In this document: piece after piece, positions 49,052 to 58,384 of the stretch
Numbering within the stretch: position 1 is the first letter of the stretch
Layout of the letters: the number at the start of each line of letters is the position of its first letter
Assembly (NCBI GenBank): GCA_043820105.1
Contig: JBDREC010000006.1
Location: forward strand, 1-60,968
Source of the DNA: Pseudomonadota bacterium
GTDB taxonomy: Bacteria > Bdellovibrionota_F > JAHFAK01 > JBDREC01
DNA: 60,968 bases
Direction of reading: 5' to 3'
Made by a program: the position numbers and the translations under genes
The notes under the pieces: model-generated
What the model saw: only the letters and a program-made list of their open reading frames with translations
The model's database searches: none
Told to the model about the DNA's origin: nothing

Positions 49052-50173
49052 TCATTGCTCAACATGCCACTCCCAAATCACCAAATCTCTCAGTATATTG
49101 CCAGGAGGCCTTATTTTCCCAAATTTCTTGTTTGCTATACTTTCAATTAAATTTTCCTGCTGATCAATAGGAACCTTTTTTTCAAAGGCCTCTCTGGCTT
49201 TTTTTATTTTTAATTTCCTGTCTTTATTTTTATCTTCTTCCACTTTTCTAAATTCTAAGACTTTGGCCATTTTATTTTTTTCCATCCTTTCACGATTTTC
49301 ATGCTTATTTACAATTTTCAAAACCGTATCCATAGAACTAGCCAGAAACGCCATTGGCGAATGGCAGGGATCTCTTGAGTTTGGAATCCCATGTTTTTCT
49401 AGATAAACAAAACAATCAACGATTTCCTGTTCTGAATAATCTTCTTTTAGTTTTTTATAAAAATTAAATTCTCTCTCTTTCTTCAGCTTTGGTTTTAAAT
49501 CTTCAAAATACTTTCTAAATACTCTTGGTGTAAGAGAGAGAGTATTTTTATTATTTATCTTTCTAATATTATCTTTAATGTGGGGTGTAAAATCGACCCA
49601 CCCTGGGGTGTGGAATTGACCCACCCTGGGGTGTGGAATCGACCCACCCTGGGGGGCGGAATCGACCCACCCCCGGGGTGTAGAATCGGCCCACCCAGAG
49701 GCAATGGATTTAGCTTTTATTTTGTTTTTATCCTCAGGTGGCTTCGATTTTGGTCGCCCCTCCTTAATGTTGATTATTTTTCTTTTATTTTTATTGTTTG
49801 TAAGATCTGCATTGGCTTTATTTTCATCTTTTTCTTCTTTGCCAGGAAGGTCAATATACTCAGATATTGCATATTTGTTTGAAGACTTGTTATCTCCAGC
49901 TTCTTTTTCTATAATATTTAGGCTTATAAGGTTTTCTATGCTTTTAAGCACTGTACTGCATTGCAAGCCTGTTATTTTTGCAATTGCTCTTTTGGAAAGA
50001 TTAACCTGCCTTCTCTGAAAAGAAACAGTAAGCCTTAAAATTAGTAAGACAATGGCTGTTTCAGATCTGCTTATTTTCCCTGACAAAATAACTATAAGTA
50101 ATTTGTTTGGAAGTTTTGTGTAGCCTGTTGCAAGCTTATTTGAATAATCGATATTCATTATTGCTCTTTCCAA
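49052..50173 (-). CDS. lambda O-like replication initiator (alternative start 50158)
   Basis: GYTKLPN, ILRLT-x2-F, SKRAIAKITGL HTH; internal GC-rich repeat block followed by IKDN. Confidence 0.75.
   Translation of the reverse strand: MERAIMNIDYSNKLATGYTKLPNKLLIVILSGKISRSETAIVLLILRLTVSFQRRQVNLSKRAIAKITGLQCSTVLKSIENLISLNIIEKEAGDNKSSNKYAISEYIDLPGKEEKDENKANADLTNNKNKRKIINIKEGRPKSKPPEDKNKIKAKSIASGWADSTPRGWVDSAPQGGSIPHPRVGQFHTPGWVDFTPHIKDNIRKINNKNTLSLTPRVFRKYFEDLKPKLKKEREFNFYKKLKEDYSEQEIVDCFVYLEKHGIPNSRDPCHSPMAFLASSMDTVLKIVNKHENRERMEKNKMAKVLEFRKVEEDKNKDRKLKIKKAREAFEKKVPIDQQENLIESIANKKFGKIRPPGNILRDLVIWEWHVEQ
49581..49696. repeat. five 23-24 bp tandem repeats, candidate iterons
   Basis: Consensus TGGGGTGTGGAATCGACCCACCC, contiguous, inside the Rep gene next to an AT-rich stretch. 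Confidence 0.85.
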
Positions 50174-50186
50174 AATATTTCCTTTC

Positions 50187-51110
50187 TTATTTAAGTGCTC
50201 TTATGGTCATGTAAACAACCATTGAACAAGCCATATAAACCCCACCAAGCACTATATCATCAATGTTTTGCATGCCTCTGGCTATATACCTGTAAGCCAT
50301 TGCAACTGCTACAATGGGAATTAATGTGGGCCACAAGGGAAGCCTTTCAGGATCCAGGGTGCTTGAGGCAATAATACCTGCTTTTTTAATGGTGACTTTC
50401 TTATCAAGACTTCCCTTGTGCATCATGGTTTTTAGGACATGAGGGTTGCCATTAGAACATTTAATAAAATCTTTTTTTAAGGTTTTTGAGTTTTCACTGA
50501 TGAGATTGTATTTGTTTTGGAGGTAGTCAAAAAGCTTTTCCATTTCTTCTTTTAACAGCCTTGAGATTTTTACTTTTTCAAAATCCTCAAACAAAAGCTG
50601 ACTCCATTTGCTGGCATAAATGCTTCTTGAAGACGCTATAACAGTTGCATGTCTGTAAATAGCAGAAATTGTAGGATGCAAGGTAGCTGTTAACCTGTCT
50701 ATTGGATCAATTAAAAAAACATAAGAATCTTTAGTCTTTTTCAAGGTATTCAGAATCATATCTTTTAACTGTTCCTGCTTTGCCCTTGTTATTATATTAG
50801 CCTGATCATCCCAGTTTGATATAAGCTTATTTTCCTTATAAACTTCCAGATCATTATATTTGGCAGATATCTGAAATAGGATCTTTCTTAAATCATCGCA
50901 CTTACCTGTAAAGTCATCTATATAAACAAAGCGTCTTGTTTCATTATTGTTGTTAACAAGTTCCATATAGCTTCTTAATAAAAGGGCTGACTTCCCAACT
51001 CCTCTCTCACCAATTATAACAAAGGACAATCCAGTCTTTAAAAGCTTTAAAAGCTTTTGGATCTCTGGTTCTCTTCCAACAAAATAATGATCATTTAAAA
51101 TTGGATTCAT
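50187..51110 (-). CDS. P-loop ATPase with two C-terminal TM helices
   Basis: FVGRE, GERGVGKS Walker A, FLIDPID, SNGNP; hydrophobic C-terminus. Confidence 0.8.
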   Translation of the reverse strand: MNPILNDHYFVGREPEIQKLLKLLKTGLSFVIIGERGVGKSALLLRSYMELVNNNNETRRFVYIDDFTGKCDDLRKILFQISAKYNDLEVYKENKLISNWDDQANIITRAKQEQLKDMILNTLKKTKDSYVFLIDPIDRLTATLHPTISAIYRHATVIASSRSIYASKWSQLLFEDFEKVKISRLLKEEMEKLFDYLQNKYNLISENSKTLKKDFIKCSNGNPHVLKTMMHKGSLDKKVTIKKAGIIASSTLDPERLPLWPTLIPIVAVAMAYRYIARGMQNIDDIVLGGVYMACSMVVYMTIRALK

Positions 51111-51706
51111 TAATTAAGCCCGCAGAAATTGTTAATCTCTTTAATCTTGTATTCAAGCCTTAGCTTGTTTTCTTTATCTTCAAGTTCAAGCTTGTTTATC
51201 AAATAAACAGCCTTTTTAAAGTCCCTTGACGTAAGTTTACTTAAAGCAAGCCCTTCTTCTAATTCTTTAATTTCTTCTTTTTTGTAATTAAGTTCCAAGA
51301 TAGTTTTATCTTTTAAAAGCTTTAGCTCTCTGTATTCTAAAATCAGAGCTAAAAGGCTTTCTTTGACTTCATAAACTACTTCATTTGCTTTGCCCTGAAA
51401 AACCTTTTTCATAAAACTTTTGGGATTATAAAAAGGAATAAGCTTAAACAAAGGCATTGATAAATATAAAGAGGATGAGTGAGAGATATGATATTCACCA
51501 AACATTGAAAAACCAGATCCAATTCTTATTGAATTCAGAATAGATTCATTTGCTAAAGCTTTATTCATTTCATTTTCATTGCTTTTAAGTTTATAATTAT
51601 TAGCAATACATTTTTTCATTAACTCTTCCTCATTTTCATAAATACTTCCAGCAAAAGCATTATTTATAATTAGCAAAACACATAAAAGCCTTATTATTTT
51701 TTGCAT
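51110..51706 (-). CDS. exported protein resembling a single TolC/OEP repeat
   Basis: Signal peptide; CIANNYKL, LYLSMPLF and long helices reminiscent of OEP proteins; half the usual length. Confidence 0.5.
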   Translation of the reverse strand: MQKIIRLLCVLLIINNAFAGSIYENEEELMKKCIANNYKLKSNENEMNKALANESILNSIRIGSGFSMFGEYHISHSSSLYLSMPLFKLIPFYNPKSFMKKVFQGKANEVVYEVKESLLALILEYRELKLLKDKTILELNYKKEEIKELEEGLALSKLTSRDFKKAVYLINKLELEDKENKLRLEYKIKEINNFCGLN

Positions 51707-53322
51707 TTTTCTTCTCTGATAACGACTTCTAGCTGCCTTGTCTGATCTATCCAGGCTTTATAATCCATTTTAGTCACTTCACCACTTACTGGAGAACAAA
51801 TTTTTAGATTATCTCTTTCCTGTTGTATATTTTTATTTATTTGAGCCAGATTAAGCGCATAAAGCTTGTCTTTGTTTTTTTGTAAAGCCTTAAGCTGCTC
51901 AAGCGTAGCCCTTGTATCTTTATTTTGTTCAACAAGTTTTAAAAGCTCTTTAGTTAGCTCAGCGTAATAAATAGAAGCCTTTTCAAGGCTTGATCTTTTA
52001 AGTTTGAGTTCATTTATTTTTAAGGAATTCTCAGAAAGCTTGTTTTCATGAGCCTTTAATTTGTTTATAATATTTGCAGCATCTATTTGATGGTTTATTT
52101 TTAACTGACTTTCTTTGTTTTTTAGTTGAGAGATCTTTTTTTCATCATTTTTTATTAGCACATCACCCTTTTGAAGCTTATCGCCTATTTTCACCTTAAC
52201 TTCTGAATCCCTGGAAATGTGAGCAATGATATTTATTCTTTCATAAGTATAGTTTTGCCTGTCATTGATCTTAAAAGATGCTTCATCTGCAATTATATAC
52301 TTAACAGATAAGATGCCATTAATAACCCTAACAGAAGATGCAGCATACTTATCTATATCTGAAACTTTGGCATATTTGAGTTCCAGGATCTTGCCATTTT
52401 GGCTTATGGTATTAAAATTGCTTGTATAGGATATAATCATGTCTTTTATGTCAGTATTTAACTGGCCACTTATGTAATGTTCCTGTTTCAGATCAACAAG
52501 GACTTTTAAGTCATCTAAATATCTTTCCTTCATATCAATATCATGACTGATGGTTTTGATTTTTTGACCTTTTATATAATATGATTTTCCTGTTAGATAA
52601 TCAGCGGTGTAATCCTTGCCATACTCATAATACTGACCATTCATTTCAAATATAACAGAATAAGGCATATCACCTATGAGTTTAAATCTTCCAGAGAGCT
52701 TTTCTTGGGTTAGAAAGTGAGAAGCCTTTTTTATTTCAATAAAACTTCTATTATTAAAGCCATATTTTTTATAATCTTCCTTTACCCCGTGAATAGAACC
52801 AGTTATTTTATGCACAAGTTCTCTTGAACCTGTTTTAGCAATTGGATAGCTGATAACATTTAAAAAGATCACAAAGATTAAAAGCACATATTCATTTTTT
52901 GATCTGCTTGTAATAATTTTTTGTGATGAAACAGAGAAGTTAAAGGTTTTATTAGAAAAGGGCCAAAGAAACTTAACTCCCTGTGGAGTAAATGAATCAA
53001 AATATATGTGAGCCAAATAGCCAGTAGTAAAACAAAGCACAATTTTCTTATCAATGCCAAGTAAAACAAGCATGATAGTCACAAAAGAGATAGTGATAAT
53101 TGAATGAGTGGCTCCTCTGTGGCTTACAAAGGACAATTTTTCTAGGAGCTTGGAAACAGGATAAAAGGTCTTTCCAACAAGACTTCTTGAGGTATCAATA
53201 TCAGGTAAAATTGAGCCAAGAGCTGTTGCACCAATAGTTAGTGGTGAAACAGCATACTCCATGCCTGAGTTAACTAAAAAGAAAAACAAGTTTCCTGTAG
53301 CTAAATGAGTTGAGACCATCAT
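51694..53322 (-). CDS. YdjM-like metal-dependent membrane hydrolase fused to a HlyD-like membrane-fusion domain
   Basis: TH, LPDID, HRGATHS, HIYFDSFTPQGV; C-terminal VKVKIGDKLQKGDVL + coiled coil + ICSPVSGEV. Confidence 0.75.
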   Translation of the reverse strand: MMVSTHLATGNLFFFLVNSGMEYAVSPLTIGATALGSILPDIDTSRSLVGKTFYPVSKLLEKLSFVSHRGATHSIITISFVTIMLVLLGIDKKIVLCFTTGYLAHIYFDSFTPQGVKFLWPFSNKTFNFSVSSQKIITSRSKNEYVLLIFVIFLNVISYPIAKTGSRELVHKITGSIHGVKEDYKKYGFNNRSFIEIKKASHFLTQEKLSGRFKLIGDMPYSVIFEMNGQYYEYGKDYTADYLTGKSYYIKGQKIKTISHDIDMKERYLDDLKVLVDLKQEHYISGQLNTDIKDMIISYTSNFNTISQNGKILELKYAKVSDIDKYAASSVRVINGILSVKYIIADEASFKINDRQNYTYERINIIAHISRDSEVKVKIGDKLQKGDVLIKNDEKKISQLKNKESQLKINHQIDAANIINKLKAHENKLSENSLKINELKLKRSSLEKASIYYAELTKELLKLVEQNKDTRATLEQLKALQKNKDKLYALNLAQINKNIQQERDNLKICSPVSGEVTKMDYKAWIDQTRQLEVVIREEKCKK

Positions 53323-53326
53323 CTTG

Positions 53327-53908
53327 CTAGAAACCCATAACTTGAGCAAGGTTTACAGCATTGCTTTTATTTGATTTATGTGACCTATTGCCTTGCTTGA
53401 TGGTTTTTTGTAGCTCAGCTTCTAAAAAGCAGTCCTTTTTTATTGGAATAACATTATCAAACTGACAAGTTTCTTTGCTGAAATTAATAAACTTATTTTC
53501 TATCTGATCCCAGTTAATAGGCTTAACAAGAAGTTTTATATTATTGGATTTAATAAACTTATCATATAGTTCCTTGGACATAATGTAAGTTGTAACAATA
53601 AGGTTTTTCTGCTCAAGAAGCCATTTATTGGCCATATAATAAGACATATTATAGTGAGGGATATCAATTATCAAAAAATCAGCTTTTGATTTGTCAGAGG
53701 CTTTTATAAGCTCGTCAAATGAATCAAAAAAAGTGTATTCAATATCCAGTTTTTTAAAAATAGAAATATATCTTTTTATTATTGGCTCATGAACCTCCAT
53801 TATATAGACTGTTGGTTTTCGCTCTTTTGCTTTTTCTTTTGGCTCAGGTTTAGCATCAAAAATATTGATTACCTGATTTTCAGGCTTATCTGTGTTTAAG
53901 TTTTTCAT
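53327..53908 (-). CDS. atypical receiver-domain protein
   Basis: VYIMEVHE, FLIIDIP, LLVKPI fold pattern; AGGGAG RBS before ATG 53908. Confidence 0.55.
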   Translation of the reverse strand: MKNLNTDKPENQVINIFDAKPEPKEKAKERKPTVYIMEVHEPIIKRYISIFKKLDIEYTFFDSFDELIKASDKSKADFLIIDIPHYNMSYYMANKWLLEQKNLIVTTYIMSKELYDKFIKSNNIKLLVKPINWDQIENKFINFSKETCQFDNVIPIKKDCFLEAELQKTIKQGNRSHKSNKSNAVNLAQVMGF

Positions 53909-54218
53909 AAATATCTCCCTTATATTATTCACATTATATTAATAATCGCGAAAGCCTCGCAAATAAATGTTCATATTATCTAGTAATTTACGTATATTAA
54001 GCATAAATTTACTAATCCTGACTTTTCTAAAAAGGGACCCCCTAATCGCAGCATCTTTATATGGTTCAGTATGCAGAGAGCATTAGTAAAAAGCCCTGAA
54101 AAGGGCCGGAAATCATTCGGATTAGTTAAGTAATGTGAACTAACTTTGCCTGTTTCAGACAAAAATCGGCCCCTAAATATATAGAAGAAAAAAAACATTT
54201 TAAAATAATAATTAAATA

Positions 54219-55109
54219 TCATAACTTTGAAACCTCCTGATAAAGTTTAGACTCAGGAATATGCAGATAAATTTGTGTGGAAGATAAAGATGAATGTCCA
54301 AGCAGTTGTTGAATTGTTCTTATGTCAGTTCCTTTTTGTAATAAGTGAGAAGCAAAAGAATGTCTTAACATATGTAAAGTTATATTCTTTTTTATTTCAC
54401 TTTCTCTAACAATATCTGAGAAATATTTTTGCATTCTTCGAACAGAAACATTTTTCCATTTATAAAGACCACAAAAAACCAAAGGATTTTCTGAATTATT
54501 TGGACGCAAACTTTTCCACATGGATAAAGAAGCCAAAGCTTTTTTATGCACAGGCAAAATTCTTTCTTTATTTCCTTTTCCTAAAATTCTTATAGATGGA
54601 GGATTATCCTGTAAATTCAAACTTTTCATTTCTAACTTTAATATCTCAGAAATCCTCATCCCAAGATAATAGCACATAATAAAAACAACAAAATTTCTTG
54701 ATGCTGCTAATTTATGAATACCATTTTTTTTATTAATAATTACATATGCAGTTTTTAAAACCTTAAAAACTTCTTCTTCTGTTAAATATTGAACAATTCT
54801 TCTTTCAACTTTAAAAACCGGTAAACCCATCATAGGATTTTCTTGAATAATATTTTTACTGCAAAGATATTTATAAAAGCTGTTTAAAATAAATCTATAA
54901 GTTCTTTTGCTAGAATTAGAAATCTTTTTCATATCTGACAAATAGTTAAAAAAGATTTTAAGCTCATCTTCTTTTATTTCATTAATCTCAATATCTGAAA
55001 AATATTCCATAAATATAGAAAGAAAATAATTATAGGATCGAATGGTAAAATAAGATCTACTAAGATCTTTTTCCTGATATCCAAGAAATTCCTTAATATA
55101 TTTATTCAT
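54219..55109 (-). CDS. XerC/D-like tyrosine recombinase
   Basis: GMRISE, GKGNKER, HMLRHSFASHLL, LLGH, TQIY. Confidence 0.93.
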   Translation of the reverse strand: MNKYIKEFLGYQEKDLSRSYFTIRSYNYFLSIFMEYFSDIEINEIKEDELKIFFNYLSDMKKISNSSKRTYRFILNSFYKYLCSKNIIQENPMMGLPVFKVERRIVQYLTEEEVFKVLKTAYVIINKKNGIHKLAASRNFVVFIMCYYLGMRISEILKLEMKSLNLQDNPPSIRILGKGNKERILPVHKKALASLSMWKSLRPNNSENPLVFCGLYKWKNVSVRRMQKYFSDIVRESEIKKNITLHMLRHSFASHLLQKGTDIRTIQQLLGHSSLSSTQIYLHIPESKLYQEVSKL

Positions 55110-55122
55110 AATTAATGGAACT

Positions 55123-55299
55123 CTATCTTTTCGCTATTAATTTTAAACAATCTTTTTTTATATCCGTCTCAATAGGCTTATTATTTGTTTCAACAATATA
55201 TTTCTTAGTCTCCATAACGATATTAGAAACCAAATGATCAAAAACCGTCCCTTGAAAAACATTTCTTAAAATATCCAATTTAGCAATTATTTCTTCCAT
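55123..55299 (-). CDS. 58-aa hypothetical protein upstream of the recombinase
   Basis: AGGAG RBS; MEEIIAKLDILRNVFQGTVFDHLV...LIAKR*. Confidence 0.55.
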   Translation of the reverse strand: MEEIIAKLDILRNVFQGTVFDHLVSNIVMETKKYIVETNNKPIETDIKKDCLKLIAKR

Positions 55300-55337
55300 C
55301 ACGATCTCCTATTTTAAAAGATTATGATATTTTTAAT

Positions 55338-55353
55338 AGCAATATCCATGCCA
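55338..55353 (-). promoter_or_regulatory. sigma54 promoter
   Basis: TGGCATGGATATTGCT (GG-N10-GC), about 40 nt upstream of ATG 55299. Confidence 0.6.
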
Positions 55354-55450
55354 GAAATATTGTGTGTTTAATAATATAAATTTGATCAAAAATGATAAAC
55401 TTTGTTCGTATAATATTCTAATAATGCGTAACCCTATGGGTATTTTTGGG

Positions 55451-55717
55451 TTACCTCTTTTGGGAATTATTTTGGCATAAGCGATTTATTCTATAAACTT
55501 TAGGTTGCCTACAAGGAGCATATTCCTGCCAATTAGCTCTAACAATTAATTCCTCCCAGGTCATAATAGTTTTTACTCCTGCCCTGCCAGCATAGCGTAT
55601 TTCAAGGATTCTGTTGTTAGCGCTTACATGAAAAGTTTCATTATTTATGTTTATGTGGAAATGTTTGTTCATTTGAATTAATCCTGGTTGATTGAATAAT
55701 CTGGAAATTAATTGCAA
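55451..55717 (-). CDS. small hypothetical protein
   Basis: 88-aa ORF; start uncertain. Confidence 0.4.
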   Translation of the reverse strand: MQLISRLFNQPGLIQMNKHFHININNETFHVSANNRILEIRYAGRAGVKTIMTWEELIVRANWQEYAPCRQPKVYRINRLCQNNSQKR

Positions 55718-55792
55718 GATTGAGGCCAGAACAGAAAAATAAGATTGATCATAAAATGATTATCATCTACTATTTATTTCAATTATTCATAT

Positions 55793-56854
55793 ATGAAAAG
55801 ATATCTTATGATTCGCTCAAAATTAACTATTTTAGCAATAATTTACATATTTTTATTTATAGCAATTACATCTTATGCAAATACAAAAAATAATGTGGCA
55901 GTACTTCGCTTTCATAATGAAGAAAAAGTAATGCGCAATCAGGAAGTAATGTTCATAGAAGAATCCATTAGATCTATGGCTGCAAAAAAATTGTATAAAA
56001 AGGATTATCAAATATATACAAATGATAATCTTTTAGAAATGTTAGCTGCAAACGATATTCAAATGTGCATTGCTGAAGGTGATTGTGAAGTTGAAACAAT
56101 GAGAATAATCCAAGCACAATATGGTATAACTGGAAACATATTGAAATTTGGTGATAAAATTAACGTTGTAATGAAAGTTTACAATTCATTAACCGGTAAT
56201 TTACTTGGATCTGAAATAATTTTTGGAAACGATTTAAATGAAATATATGATAAAATAAAACCTGCTACCAGTAATTTAATTAATTATATAATATTTGATA
56301 AAAATACCGATGACAGCAATGATCAAGTTATTTCAAAAGAAACAGAAATGCCTTATGTTTCAAATGATAACACAAAAATATCAATAATCACTAACCCAAC
56401 AGATGCAAAAGTATTTTCATCAGACAGAAAAAGAATTGGGAATACACCTCTTAAAAATTACCCCTGGAAATCTGGAAACGATTATTTTTTAATTTCTAAA
56501 GATAATTATAAAGTCTATCCTTTGAAAGTTAATTTAAAGCCCAATAAATTAAACACATTCAATGTTAATTTGGTAATTCAAGACGGTTTAAATAATTATG
56601 TTAAAAGAGCTAAAATATATCAAAAAGGATTTTTATTTTCTACAGGAATGTTTGTCCCATTTACAATTTTTTTAGCTTTATTTGCAGCAACAGATTCAGA
56701 GGGAGTCGCAATTATAATTCCTGCGATTATATCTGGAACATCTCTTTTATCTGCTACTGCATTCCTGGGTCTATATTTAGAAAACAAATCACACCTAGCT
56801 GAAAATACAAAACTTAACAACAGTAAAGAAATTATGCTTTCCTTTAAATTCTAA
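55793..56854 (+). CDS. PEGA-domain protein with N-terminal TolB-N/CsgG-like domain and C-terminal TM segments
   Basis: Signal peptide; C-x4-C...ITGNILKFG; ITNPTDAKV...IGNTP PEGA motif. Confidence 0.75.
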   Translation: MKRYLMIRSKLTILAIIYIFLFIAITSYANTKNNVAVLRFHNEEKVMRNQEVMFIEESIRSMAAKKLYKKDYQIYTNDNLLEMLAANDIQMCIAEGDCEVETMRIIQAQYGITGNILKFGDKINVVMKVYNSLTGNLLGSEIIFGNDLNEIYDKIKPATSNLINYIIFDKNTDDSNDQVISKETEMPYVSNDNTKISIITNPTDAKVFSSDRKRIGNTPLKNYPWKSGNDYFLISKDNYKVYPLKVNLKPNKLNTFNVNLVIQDGLNNYVKRAKIYQKGFLFSTGMFVPFTIFLALFAATDSEGVAIIIPAIISGTSLLSATAFLGLYLENKSHLAENTKLNNSKEIMLSFKF

Positions 56855-56861
56855 CCGGTAC

Positions 56862-57249
56862 GCAAAATTCACGCCAAGCTACAAACCAAACAACCCAAAA
56901 AGCAACCATCCCCAAGAGCTTGTCATGAATTTTGCAATCTTACCTTATATCCCACTGTAGCAAAACCTGCGCCAGCCACCTCTTAGTTCAATCAAAAATT
57001 CAACCAATCCCCCTTGCCTGTCACAGCTTTTGCATAAATTCCCTCAATTCCCCCTGACACGAAATACGTAATACGTAATACGTAATACGGTTTTCTTCCA
57101 TTAACTATCCTCATCTTAGCACAAACAATCAAAACCCAGTCAAGCCTGCCTCGACCCACCACACAAAACCATTCTCAACCCGGCAGGCTGCTCCAGTCAC
57201 TGCGTTCCTTACGCCCCTTCGGGTGACAGTGTTTTAATTTTTGTGCTGA
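56862..57249 (+). promoter_or_regulatory. three consecutive long imperfect hairpins with promoter-like stems (candidate ssDNA promoters)
   Basis: Arms 56862-56880/56917-56935, 56960-56977/57016-57033 and 57116-57142/57224-57249, the last with inner stems. Confidence 0.55.
57063..57089. repeat. (AATACGT)x4
   Basis: aatacgt aatacgt aatacgt aatacg. Confidence 0.8.
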
Positions 57250-57290
57250 CCAGGTGGCATTATTAATTTCCATAAACAAGGAGAACTCAA

Positions 57291-57695
57291 ATGAATAATT
57301 ATTTTTCATTCCTAAAATCAAGACATCCTCTACATGGCATACTGCCAGAGGCTCAAATCAATGACCTAAGATATTCAAGATTTGAGCAAGAAGATTATCT
57401 TGATCTAAATGACACAGAAGAATTTCAATATAAATACTATGATGAAGAACAAGGCAAAGTCCTGACTGGTGACTATGATGACTGTATGAAATATAAACTC
57501 AGCAAAATGGGCATTTTCGAAAAGCCCATCTCCACTAAATGCAGAAACTTCTGCAAATCATTCAAACATTCTTATAAAAAAGTTGCCTTTATAAAGCTGT
57601 TTATTGCCAAGAACAATTTCAACAAACGTGAAATCATGCTCATCTGGTCAACATGGCGTGGTTGGAACGCTTTAAGATTTAATAACAGGTGCTAA
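57291..57695 (+). CDS. hypothetical protein
   Basis: AAGGAG RBS; 134 aa with acidic N-half and basic C-half. Confidence 0.7.
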   Translation: MNNYFSFLKSRHPLHGILPEAQINDLRYSRFEQEDYLDLNDTEEFQYKYYDEEQGKVLTGDYDDCMKYKLSKMGIFEKPISTKCRNFCKSFKHSYKKVAFIKLFIAKNNFNKREIMLIWSTWRGWNALRFNNRC

Positions 57696-57711
57696 CGCAC
57701 CTGTTATTTTT
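57681..57711 (+). terminator. intrinsic terminator
   Basis: AATAACAGGTGC-TAAC-GCACCTGTTATT followed by TTT. Confidence 0.75.
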
Positions 57712-57744
57712 ACCCATATTTCAACTAGAACATATTTTTGCATT

Positions 57745-57782
57745 AGCACTCACTTGACTTTTGTGAGTGCTTTTGTTAAAAT
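57745..57782 (+). promoter_or_regulatory. sigma70 promoter with overlapping inverted-repeat operator for abiE
   Basis: TTGACT-N17-TAAAAT; AGCACTCAC-N9-GTGAGTGCT straddles the -35 box. Confidence 0.7.
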
Positions 57783-57789
57783 ATAATCT

Positions 57790-58383
57790 ATGAAAACAAT
57801 AAAAAAAATAAATAAGCTAAAAAAGCTAATGAAAAAACCAAGTTTTAAATCTTCTGAAGTAAGAAAAGCAGGTGTTAATACAGCTCTTATAAGTTATTAT
57901 ATAAAAACTGGTCTTATTGAAAGAATTGATAGAGGTGTCTACAAAAATCCAAATTATTCAAGCGATAACTTTGCATTTGAAGACCTTTTTCAAAGTGCTC
58001 TTGGAATAAAAAATGGTGTAATATGTCTTATATCTGCTCTTTCCTATTGGGAACTAACAGATGAAATGCCTAGAGTTCACTGGATAGCTATACCAAATAA
58101 AGCAAAAGCTCCTGTAAGAAAAAATGTGAAAATCATACGAATGCGGAATTTTAATCTTGGAATTTCTAAAATTAAAGAGAAAAATTATACAATTAAAATA
58201 TACAATCAAGAACGTACTATCATAGATTCCTTTAGGCTTCTTGATAAAGAAGTTGCAATTAAAGCTTTAAAAGCCTATTTTAATCATAATAAACTTAAAC
58301 CTGATATAAAAACACTCACAAGATATGCAAAAGCATTGAGAGTTGATATATCAAAATATTTGATAATGATAACTACAAATTAA
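57790..58383 (+). CDS. abiEi: type IV TA antitoxin AbiEi
   Basis: LIERIDRGVY wHTH, GVICLISAL...LTDEMP, ERTIID. Confidence 0.88.
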   Translation: MKTIKKINKLKKLMKKPSFKSSEVRKAGVNTALISYYIKTGLIERIDRGVYKNPNYSSDNFAFEDLFQSALGIKNGVICLISALSYWELTDEMPRVHWIAIPNKAKAPVRKNVKIIRMRNFNLGISKIKEKNYTIKIYNQERTIIDSFRLLDKEVAIKALKAYFNHNKLKPDIKTLTRYAKALRVDISKYLIMITTN

Positions 58384-58384
58384 A

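Noticed and set aside
49581-49696. CRISPR array
   Set aside because: The repeats are contiguous with no spacers and lie inside a CDS.
54219-55109. Chromosomal xerC/xerD or integron integrase
   Set aside because: It lies inside the island, lacks the IntI-specific insertion, and has no attC array beside it.
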